From the NCBI GenBank assembly GCA_021613535.1, contig CP075496.1, positions 7,130,001 to 7,194,000 on the forward strand: a stretch of DNA of 64,000 bases, given 5' to 3'. How positions within the stretch are numbered: the first letter of the stretch is position 1; every line of letters begins with the position of its first letter. A model generated the notes under the pieces. The model worked only from the letters and a program-made list of their open reading frames with translations, was not told the DNA's origin and made no database searches. The translations under genes and the position numbers were made by a program. Positions 53,372 to 64,000 of the stretch are shown piece after piece. Source of the stretch: Adineta vaga. Taxonomy: Eukaryota; Animalia; Rotifera.

Positions 53372-54385
53372 TTATTCAGATTGTTTATCACCTCGACGAT
53401 CACCTCTTCTGCCTGTTCCAGTATTTTGATTATCACCTGATCCGATGCGTTGACGATCACCGCTTCTGCTTGCTCCGGTATTTTGATTATCATCTGATCC
53501 GGTACGTTGACGATCACCGCTTCTGCTTGTTCCAGTATTTTGATTATCACCTGATCCGGTGCGTTGACGATTATCCGTTCCAGTTCCTTGAAAATCATCT
53601 TTTCGGACGCCTTGACGATCGTTTTTTCCAGTTCCTTGAAAGTCGTCTTTTCGAGTATCCTGACGATCAATTGTTCCAGTTCCACGAAAATCATCTTTTT
53701 TTGTACCTTGACGATCACCTTTTCTTGTGTCTTGGTGATTATCTGTTCCAGTACCTTGAAAATCATCTTTTCTTGTATCTTCGCGACCTTTTTGTCGTGA
53801 ATCACTGGGAAATCGATTATTAGGATTTAATCGGGAACCCTATAAAAACAATTGATTTCTATATCATCTATTACATAGTTTGAATTATCTCACCCATCTA
53901 TCACCACCTGAGCCAAATTCGTTATCGCGATCCTAACAAAATCAAAATTTTATTTAAATATCATTTGACATTCATAAAATAACTTGAAATAAGCTTTGAA
54001 GATTTTCTCATGTTCTTTCACGTTTTGATAGAGTATCTTATTTTTTCAAGTGTTTTCGTTATATAAAATGACTTACACGATCAAAACGACCAGATGGAAA
54101 ACCACGATCACGTTCATGGTTATGATGACGATGATGAGGTCGGAATGGAGAAGAATTAGAATTTCGACCTCTATCTGCACAACAAACGCCAAATCTATTC
54201 ACACAACAACCTCGTAATACACTCCATTGAAAGCAGCATTCTCTGGGAGAAAATGACTGTGATAGAATATCTAGTAGAATGAATAAACAAACAAACAGGT
54301 GGATGTTTATATCATGAACAAGTTGATAATACATACTTGGTAAGATAATAGCAATTAATACGAAGCAGAAGATAATCTTCATCAT
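53372..54385 (-). CDS. Secreted triple-CC protein A with hydrophilic R/D/G/Q/T repeat tail (4 exons)
   Basis: Signal MMKIIFCFVLIAIILPNILS; SFSPRECCFQWSVLRGCCVNRFGVCCAD; micro-exon DRDNEFGSGGDRW; last exon with RKDDFQGTG and GDRQRTGSGDNQNTGTSRS repeats ending GRRGDRRGDKQSE*. All splice phases are consistent. Confidence 0.8.
53390..53790 (-). repeat. Coding tandem repeats (about four ~48-nt units, then three 57-nt units)
   Basis: Recurrent aaagatgattttcaaggaactggaa and gatcgtcaacgcaccggatcaggtgataatcaaaatactgga on the minus strand. Confidence 0.85.
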
Positions 54386-55083
54386 TTCTTGAACACAATC
54401 AATGACTAGACAGAATGACATACTAGATTATACGATTACACACGTTTATATACTATGACGAAAAGGAGAAAAAAATGATATATTCACTGCGGACGGAATA
54501 GAATATCGAGTATGTGATCTAAGTATATATCTTTCTGTATGAATCAGCTAATTCAAATAAAGCAAGTTATAACATAATCTTCTATTCTGTTTTTATTTTT
54601 ACAGATGTACACTGAACGAAATTGGTATGATATAGTAAATTCTTTGTAAAAGACATAACATTAAAAGGCAATGCTGACTATTTCTTTTTTTTCTATTATG
54701 AATCGATTATTTCTATCGACTGTAACTAATATTCGATCATTGCAATGATTACTGAAGCCATTCGAGATTACTAGAAACAAATGTAGAAAAAAAAGCATAT
54801 TCTAAAAACAAGAAATCGAACCATTGATTGCAAGATGACGAATCGATTTCGTTAAAAAACTATTTATCGATAGATTAGTTCGATAAGTTTTATTTCAATT
54901 AATGTTTCACTAAATACAATCGTTCTTGCAATGTATATTTGAATATTGAGTTTGTTAAATAAATAAAACTAGAAGATTTTACATTTGAGTAAGCTTTATT
55001 TAAGAGGACATGATTATTACATTGAAATATGAAATATTAATTAGATTACAAGCGTACAATTAATTTGAAAGATACAAACATCT

Positions 55084-55656
55084 TTAACGGCCATGGCGTC
55101 TACCACCTCCACCACGATGTCCACCACCTCCACGGTGCCAGCCACCACCACCACGATGTCCACCACCTCCATGGTGCCAGCCGCCACCACCGCGACGCCA
55201 TCCACCACCACCATGACGCCATCCACCACCACCGTGACGCCAGCCACCGCCACCATGACCCCATACACCACCACCATGACGCCAGCCACCGCCACCCCAA
55301 TTCTAAGCAAACCATTCATTTTGTAAATAGCAATAAAATGACATATTACAACTTACTCTTCTCCATCCACCTCCGTAATATCCGCCACCATAATATCCAC
55401 CGCCTCCATAGTAATAATTATTTGAATAATAATTAATACCAATAGCAGTGTCATAACAACATTGGTAGTAACTATTCAGACAACAACTACCATCCTCACT
55501 CCACGTGATACAACATCCATCACCAGGAAATGATGCTCTGACAATATCTATCATCAAACAAAAGATAAAATTTGAAATTAATCGCTTATTTCTCATGAAA
55601 AACTTACTTGAAAGAATAATAGTGAGAAAAATAAAATACGTAATAGTTGAAGTCAT
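55084..55656 (-). CDS. Secreted triple-CC protein B with Tyr/Gly block and Gly/Trp/His/Arg repeat tail (3 exons)
   Basis: Signal MTSTITYFIFLTIILSNIVRA; SFPGDGCCITWSEDGSCCLNSYYQCCYD; YYSNNYYYGGGGYYGGGYYGGGWRR; last exon NWGGGGWRHGGGVWGHGGGGWRHGGGGWRHGGGGWRRGGGGWHHGGGGHRGGGGWHRGGGGHRGGGGRRHGR*. Confidence 0.8.
55090..55300 (-). repeat. GC-rich coding tandem repeat (~18-21 nt units encoding GGGGWRH/GGGGHR)
   Basis: Repeated ccaccaccaccatgacgcca-like units on the + strand; a locally GC-rich stretch. Confidence 0.85.
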
Positions 55657-55989
55657 TTCCTCTAATGTTTTGAAATGACTATGAACTTATTTCGAAGATA
55701 ACATTCGTTTATATTTCATGAAAATTGCGTAAGAATAAAGAAAAGTAAAAAGTCCATTCAGTCAGTACATTTGGTCTTTGTTTCAACCACATCGAGAACA
55801 TTCAAGACGAACAAACGATGGACGAGAGAATGAATATAGAATTTGAATCACGATATTTATAGTTTTACTTTTTCTATCAAAAGTATAAACCAATCATTCA
55901 TGGTTCTGTGTCTTTTTTTATTATCAGTGATTACGAATAGAGAATGGCGCAATAATTTAACTATCGACTTGCACAGGATTATTGCTTCT

Positions 55990-57051
55990 ATGTGTCATTT
56001 CATACTACTTTCATTACTTTATTCACATCATCAATTTATTATTCTCAGTTTCATCTCATTTTGTGATAGTTATCGTCGTTATTTTCAGCTTATCAATTGC
56101 GTAGATGGGGTAGATTTTCTTCTTTAATAAAATCTATATATTTTCGTAAAATTCTATTTTCAGACATTTTATATTACTAATCATACGGAAAAAATTACAT
56201 CAGAATTGAAAGCAAACGATGAAATAATCATTTTTGGTGTACTAATTGAACATATGTAAGTGAATATGTTGTCAATAATGTATTAGAAACATTATTTGAT
56301 CTTTCACAAAATCTTAAGTTTTCCGTGTACAGAAGAAGATAAAAAGAGCAATGTCTTTATTACGTAACTTATTTTAGAATTTATATTGATCTACTAGAAG
56401 ACAAAAACAACATTCCGTTTCATGTTCGATTTGCGAATAATATCGTTATATTTAATAATAAGAAAAAAGGTATTTGGTTAAATGAAATCAAATCACCATA
56501 CAGTCCCTTAGTAAACAATGCCACATTTGTAATCCTTATTCTTGTCAATGCACATGATAAATATAATGTAAATAATTCAATTTCTTATACTTTATCTTTT
56601 GATTCTTTCTGTCTACATACATTTACAGGTAACGTACAATAATCTAACACTTTTTAACATTGAAAAACGTGAATCATTAAGAAATGTTAATCAATTTCAT
56701 ATCTATGGTAATTTTACACTTAAATCAGTAAAAGTTATTCATATTAGTAAAGAAGGTGAATAAATTTTCTCTATGAAAACTAATGTTCTATTCTCATCTA
56801 TAGAAGATAACTCAACGAAAATTACAATCATTATTGGAATAGCAATTACATCAGTCTTAATTATTATTACAGGATTGGGAATATGTTGTATTCTACGACG
56901 ACATAAAGCGCATTCTAAATCTGAACATAGATCAAATAATGATCAAGATTCAATCATGGAAAGTGTAGGAAGTTTTCGAAGTGATCGAACAAGTCGATCA
57001 AATGTGAGACATACCCAGCAATCAATGCATTTTCCTTTCACAGAAGGTTAA
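55990..57051 (+). CDS. Galectin-domain type I membrane protein (5 exons)
   Basis: Spliced: hydrophobic leader; ELKANDEIIIFG..IYIDL..NIPFHVRF..NIVIFNNKKKGIWLNEIKSPYSPLVNNATFVILI..DKYNVTYNNLTLFNIEKR..VNQFHIYGNFTLKSV (galectin CRD strand pattern); TM ITIIIGIAITSVLIIITGLGICCIL, then RRHK and a cytosolic tail. Confidence 0.72.
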
Positions 57052-57544
57052 AATTTATATGAAAAGAAAAAAAGATTATGTTCGAAATTAATTATGATAG
57101 TGCATAATTTCTGATGAGAGAAATAAATCTTTCTATTACAAATCTATCAAATGTAAATGTAAATTGAAATGAAATGTTTTTTTTTTATTTACACATCAAA
57201 ATTCATGCGTCAACTTGATTGAGGTTGATTTTTTGTTAGTTTACTTCGAATTCTCCATCAGACAACAACCGTATTTTACGTAAGTTCAGAAGAAAAAGCA
57301 GCGACATAGAACAGCGCAAAAATTCCAAATGTTATCGATGCATTTCCTATCTATTTATTCAGCGCCATCTATCGAAGAACAGTCAAATAATTTCAATGGT
57401 ATTATCAGTTCTTCAATCAGCTTGCAGCTATAAGATCGGTCATTTATTCGTTCTTTCGTTCCGTTATTAGATACTATTAGACAGACATATTCTTCTATTG
57501 ATATCTTGAAATAAAAACTCAATGAATTGATATCAATTAAATCG

Positions 57545-60500
57545 ATGGATAAATTAAGTAAATCACTTGAGGTATTAAAACTACTTTCCAATACAGCATC
57601 AGAAACATTGGCAACAAGCAATGAAAAGTATGAAGAAGAACATTTTCTTCTATTTATTTATATCTATTTTATCTATTCTTTACATTTCTTTTTTTTACAT
57701 TCAACAGATCTCGACTAGATCCAATTTCGATAAGTAAAGAAAAGATTCATCATTTAAATAATATTACTGATCTACTATGTTCACCGACATTGACGAGGTA
57801 AATAGATTGATCTATTCAATGAATATTTTTCACTTTCGATCCTTGATTTTCCTCTAGAGGTAATAATGATAATTATTTTAAATTATTAACAGCAAGTGTC
57901 GAAACATTATTTACGCATTGTGATGAAAGTGATCATGATGTACGATTAGCTGCTGAAGAAAATATCAATAAACTTATTAAAGTAAGAGAAGAAAACATTT
58001 CTTTTGTAATCCAATACATTCGATCTTTTTTTCTTTCAATGAAAAAATAGAATCTAAAAGAAACACATTTAGCCAGAGTACAAGTTGAATTACATCGAAT
58101 TATTAAACGAAATCCTAATGTTGGACCACGAGCTTTGAAAGGTTGATTGTTTATTTAGTTTTAATAATATGAAGAATTTTGTTTGAATATTTATTCAGGT
58201 GCTTTATGGAGATTTGCAGAATTAGCAAATGTTATACATGCAAAAAAGATTCGACCTTTCTTCGAACATTTATCTGCAGCTTTTTGTTCGATTGCATCTC
58301 GATCAGAAGATATTGTTCATGAGAAATTACCTGATTATTATGAGTTAATCTTTCGTATTCTTGGTCAATCAATCAATGACAAAGAGATCAAAGTAAGTGA
58401 TTATAGAAAGTTTTGCAATATCAACAATGAAAATATCTGTTTCGATTTGATTTCTACACGCGAGAATATTCTTTTACATTAGGAACTTCTTTTGGCTTAT
58501 TTGGCAAATATGGCACATGAATCACCATTGATTCGTCGTTCATCAGCTGCATGTCTGGTTGTTATCTGTCGCCATGCACGTTATCCAATGGCTGTTGCTC
58601 GTTATTTAATGACATATGCAATTGGTAAGTCCTTTTTGAATTTGAATTCAAATGTGTGAATGAAATGTTTTCATCTAGATCAATTACTTGAACATCATAA
58701 TCAAAGTGAAAGTATCCGTTTACTCAATGGCTGTCTTGCTTTGATAAAAAATCTAATTCACTTACTTGGATTGAACATTGAAGATTTCCTTTCATCATCA
58801 AAAATAATTCAACAACCATTGAATACAAGTAAAAATCTTGACACGAATGAACAACATCTACCCATTAATATTCGACAAATCATCGAAGTAAATCGTTAAC
58901 ATATAATCAATTCATTTTCTTAACTTCTTAATTCTACTAGTGCGTTGATATGATATGTTATCTTTGTTTACAACATACGGATCATAATGTTGTATCAAGT
59001 TCATTGGAAACACTTGAAGTTATACTTAAATATTCAAATTTATTTGATTTCGATCAATTATTGATTTCAACTGAAAATCAATTGATCGAAGAATCACGCG
59101 TTTATCAGACATTAAAATCAAGTAGGAAATGTTCTTTTTTTGACAAAGAAAATATATCGATATGACTAGATTATCCAACGTATCAACGTTCTTTGATTGA
59201 TATTAATGATACTCAATTTCTATTAACAAATAAAAGTAATGATGAACTAGATTCAACATCAACGATTAATAATGAAAAACGAACATCAGCAGCTAAACTT
59301 GTTGAACAACTCATTTCTAAGTAAGTCAACACAAATGATTTCTTTCAATGAAACTTCTTTCGTTTTAAGATATATTCTCAATATGGATGGAACAATTAAA
59401 AGTGATGATGAATCACGTGTTAGTATTAAAAGTACTACACTAACATGTCTTTCATATTTATCAAACATTCATCCATTTGCATTTTTCGATTCATTCGAAT
59501 ATCCTACAGAAAGTATGTTCACAGTTTTTCATGAAAGTAACTAAGCTTGTTATTGTTTTAGTTATAACATATCTTTTATCTTTACGTGAACATGGTGATC
59601 CACATTTGCGAGGTGCATTTGCTAATTTACTTGCTAAATTAATTGAAACTACTGTTCGTCTTCTTACCATATCTCCACCAATCTCATCATTAACAAATTC
59701 ATTTAATAATTCTTTCATCAATCAATGTTCAATTGTTTCCATTGATTCACAAGAAAGTTCACGATTAGGTTTGAAAAGAGAAAGATTATAATCTTGTTTT
59801 AGTTCATTCATATATCTTTTATTAATAGATATGCAATTAGGTATTTTAGCAGAATTACTTTCGACATTTCGATCATGTTTGAATGATAACAATGCACGTG
59901 TGATACATGTTTCATTAAATGCTTTACGTACATTATTATCAGTTTTATTAACAAACAGTCATGCATTGACAACTATTGCTACTGAATTATTAGAAGATGC
60001 TATACAACATAGTTCAAGTACATATGTTCTTGCTAAAGTAGAATTTAACTAATCGATCATGATAGATAAGTTCTTTCTTTTTGTATTTTATAAATAGGTT
60101 GCTCTAGCTCAACTTATTGGAAATATTGATTTTCGAATATTAACTTATCTCGAACAACAACAGCAATTTAAAAAAACAGTCAGTTTTCTTTTGCAAATAT
60201 GAAAACGTGTGTAAATAACATTAGTATACATTCTAGAATCGTGCATGGTTAGATCGATGTATTGATATTATTTTCATATTTCTTGCGGATGATGATGCAC
60301 GTGTTCGTCAAGTAGCAGCTGTGACATTTGCAAAGTAAGTTTCTAAACTATCGCAATTTTGACGAAATAAATGTGACGATAGTGTGACACTTTACATCTA
60401 ATCTCTAAGAATGATATGTACGATCAGAAGCAATTCATATTTTCATTTTCTTTCAACCATAGATTTGTTGATCAAAGTTCATTTTTGCCATGTCAATGGC

Positions 60501-63500
60501 CAATACATTCCCTATTGAAATGGATCAATTCATCCTGTCAATGGATCTATACAGTTCATCATTCATTACAACAATCGAATCCATCTATAATTGTATCGAA
60601 TGCTGAAAGTCAATGTGAAGCTATTTCATGTCTATCGACATTAATATTCGATCGTTTAGCTCAAGCATCAACTCGAATACAAATTGTGCGTTGATTTTGT
60701 TTTCGAAAGATCTTCTCTTTTAATTTAAGTACATTTTTTTTGAAGGTCGGATGTTTCGAAGGTATATCTGCACTTGTCAACGTTCTTACACCAGTTACTA
60801 TTCGATCATTTTTTCACAATCAATATGATGAACTTCGCCTATTGATACATTTTTTCAAACATCCATTTGTTTTACATGATCTTAATAATCTACAATTATT
60901 GTTCGATATGCTCAATAGAATCTTTTTAAGTAAAGCCTTTATATTGACTATGATTAATTATTCACGTTTTTCGTCATTAGATCTATCGAATTCTACAACG
61001 GAATTTCTTGATATTCAATCGGCTGAAAAAGTGTTTCACTTTTTAATAAAGTAAAATTTATCGAAAACATGTTTTCTTCCATGATCATTTGTTTTTATCT
61101 TAGAATTCTATCTATCTTTGCTTGTGTTGTCGAAGATACTACACCACCAGTACCACCATCATCAAAAATCAATTTTCCTCAATTACCTGCATCACCTCAA
61201 CAATTAAAGAAACGTATTGAAAGTAATATTGACTCGAACAAAAACGATAAAGATATCATAAGTTCTGACAGCACAAATTCTTTGACAACAAGTAAAGATT
61301 CCACACTTACATCTAGTACAAGCAATACTGATAAAGATAAAAAAGTTAATCGAACACAATTAGGCGCTTTTGGAAATAATCCATCCATGATGAAATTATT
61401 TGATCTAATTCGACAATCCTATCAAACACATAAAAGTTTAATAAGTTCATCCGAAACCGATCGTTTTGGTCAATTACTTTCATCAACATTAATTTGTATT
61501 AAATCGGTTATAAATCTTATTTCAATACAAGATATATTAAAACATTTAGAAGAAACATTGACTTATCTTAAATCGACATTTAATATTGATAAGATTAATA
61601 CTATTCAATGTACACAAGAAGTAAGTTTTCTCATTAGAAATTTACATTGATATGTAAGAGATTTTCTTCGTCTAGTTTTTACAAAATCTTCATCAACTTG
61701 CAGTAAGTTCTGTAACACCAAATGAAATGAAATCTTCTAATCCTTCCGTACAAAACTCGACAAATAATTCGTTAACAAATATTCATACAATTACTATTCG
61801 ACATCCTATGATGTATCTATTTGGATCACGTCATACATCAAGTGTTGCAAGTGATCAATCGATTGAAAATACAAACATTCGAGAGTATTTCATTTGAAAG
61901 AATCCTTTGAAAAACTGATCTACTCTTTTCCTATTAGATTTTATTTAACTCTAAAACAACGAAAAACAATTGATCATCTTAAACGTCCACCCAATCGAAC
62001 TGAACGTGGAAAAATTGGAAGTTATATTCGTCTTTTCGAAGCCATTGTCATTCTTAGTTTAAAAAAATATGTCAATTCAAATGAAACCGAATTTCAAGCA
62101 TCCGTCCTAGATTTACTTGTTCAATTATTACTTCTTCGTGTTAATTATAGTTTATTAGATGCTGATGAAGTTTGTTTCTTTTATTTTTCAACCTTCATTT
62201 TCTTTTCATTTATCTATTTTAGCATTTTCTCACTCATATAACCAATCAACTTGAAATGATCGAAGAAACAATAGCAGGTTATGATGTTTCATCACATTTT
62301 ATCTATCGTATTGCTGAATTTCTCATGATGTTATCACATGATACACTTCATTCAAAACAAGTGATTAAAGTACAAGATTTAATCAAACATTGTGATTTAT
62401 TATTAGCAAGTGGACACGAACCAGAAACACATGGTAAAAAAAAGAAGAGGAAAATAAATTGATTTTTAAATCCAAAACAAATTGTTATTTAGCTTTAGCA
62501 GCATTAGAACCAGTTGTCTACGATCTTTTTCTCGTTCGATTAAAAACTGATAATAAAGAATTAGAAGCACAACGAATGGTAATCGTTCAAACATTGTTAA
62601 AACTTGTTCGATATAATAAAGTAAAATTTTCTCACCCAAAATAATTCATGAAATCTCTTGTAAATATCTTCTAGGCTTTACAATTGTTAACTGTTATACT
62701 CGATAGTGTTCGAAGTGAAGTCGATAAATGGAAACGACTTTCTCGACAAATTGTAGATGTCTTACTTGTTCATTTACAATCAAATATTTTCATCAATTCA
62801 TCGAAGGTTAGTTTTAATTTGTTCGAATTATGATTTTATTGAATGTTAATTCTTAGACTCAATCTTTATTGGATATTTATTCAACACAATTAGCATTATT
62901 CGATGTTGTATCATCAGTTGCATTACGTCCAATTGATCCATTTGTTGCTGCTTTTCAAACATTGGCAAATCGAACTGTTTGTTAATGTTTTCATTTGAAA
63001 AAAATTTGTTGAATGTTTTCTTTTCTCCAAAGGATTTGGATCGACATTCAATTAGTCGATGGTTAATGAATATTAATGTTGTCCTTCGATGTCTTATACA
63101 AAATTCTACAGAAGATGCAATATTAGTACGATGGAAAGATGCTTTAACATCGAATAGTGTCATACGAGACGAGAGTTTCAGCTCGTATGTATTAAAGAAG
63201 AATCTATACTAAGATAAAACAAACGAATAATTTTGTGTATTTTAGAGCATTACTTCGAATTTTACATGATGTTACTTTACGTCTGCTGACGACTACACGA
63301 CAATCACGTGGACAGATTGATATGATATTGGTCATTTTTGCTTCGGATTATCTTTATTTATTAATGTACATCGTTGAGAATGGTAAAGAATTTCAATGAT
63401 TGATTATATGTTAAACAGAAATGTCTAAATAGTTCTATAAACATCATTATAGCTAGAATCTGCATTTAGTAGTTCGCATGTTCATTTGTTGATTGCATTT

Positions 63501-64000
63501 CGTAGATTTTTTTTAGCAATTTATCCTTTCGTTTTAGCTAAACAATTCCGTACAATAGTAAACGATTTTCGTCAATTATTAATTCATGATGAAAGTGATG
63601 AAACAGTTCATCGTCTTGATTTATTTTCTTATTTAACAATTTTAAGTGAATATTTCAAACTTCTCTCATCATTTTATATTCCTTTATTACTTCAATGGAC
63701 TCATATACTCAATATTCTTGATTATACCCAAGAAGCTTGGTGGTCATCAATGTTATCGATTCCTACTCCTTCATCGTTAATTACACATTTATCAATGACT
63801 GGTCAATTACAATCTTATTGTGATTTAATTTGTCGTCATGAATTATATGTTGAACATTTGACATCAATTATAACACATCGTCATCTTTTATTTCTACTCT
63901 TCGAACAAAGTGATACATGTACATATGTTCATAATCTTTTTGGTTTAATACATCGTACATCGGTTGCCAGTCATCTCTTTGTAGAATCGATTTATACAAA
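57545..64000 (+). CDS. htt: Huntingtin, 5' part; continues beyond window end
   Basis: N17-like MDKLSKSLEVLKLL; CDESDHDVRLAAEENINKLIK; RVQVELHRIIKRN..GPRALKGALWRFAELA; DHNVVSSSLE; RVSIKS; HGDPHLRGA; YIRLFEAIVILSLKKY..QASVLDLLVQLLLLRVNYSLLD; ELEAQRMVIVQTLLKL; KWKRLSRQIVD. Confidence 0.95.

Noticed and set aside
53390-53790. Regularly spaced repeats suggesting a CRISPR array
   Set aside because: Eukaryotic context, degenerate codon-multiple units and no unique spacers: this is a coding repeat.
53341-53823. ORF-track proteins of 154, 117 and 78 aa over the repeat
   Set aside because: Alternative-frame or antisense shadows of the coding repeat. Splice phase identifies the R/D/G-rich frame as the real one.
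55041-55436. His-rich, Thr-rich (mucin-like), Val-rich and Trp-rich ORFs
   Set aside because: Shadows of the GGN-rich repeat. The acceptor gcttag at ~55303 puts the Gly-rich frame in phase with the upstream exon.
8293-64000. Functional clustering of trio, nephrin and huntingtin (related pathways in other animals)
   Set aside because: They are separated by unrelated genes and there is no sequence evidence of co-regulation; likely coincidence.
1-64000. Transposons, tRNA or rRNA genes
   Set aside because: No transposase/RT motifs, LTRs, TIRs or RNA-gene signatures recognised by eye; small elements cannot be excluded.

Overview
AT-rich (~30% GC by eye), gene-dense animal genomic DNA with many ~50-60 nt GT-AG introns. 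The intron style, the divergent GPCR and the bacterial-looking genes fit a bdelloid rotifer; this taxon call is inference, not verified. Most entries in the ORF track are exon fragments or wrong-frame shadows, so I spliced the genes by hand. Left to right: 5' end of a class-A GPCR (-); ~4.6 kb intergenic; cryptochrome-DASH (-); a signal-peptide-bearing Mn-type SOD ending in RADL (-); a 27-kb Trio/Kalirin/UNC-73 gene with several internal first exons and an alternative last exon (-); an EGF/EB + C-type lectin membrane protein (-); a tandem BTB/T1 protein (+); a membrane protein with a C-terminal J domain and a bacterial-like core (-); nephrin/Sns-like (-); two orphans (+); two paralogous secreted proteins sharing a CC-x8-CC-x6-CC head but with different low-complexity tails (-); a galectin with signal peptide and TM helix (+); and the 5' part of huntingtin (+). 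The best leads are the triple-CC secreted family, the secretory/ER-type MnSOD, and its operon-like packing with CRY-DASH. No database searches were run.
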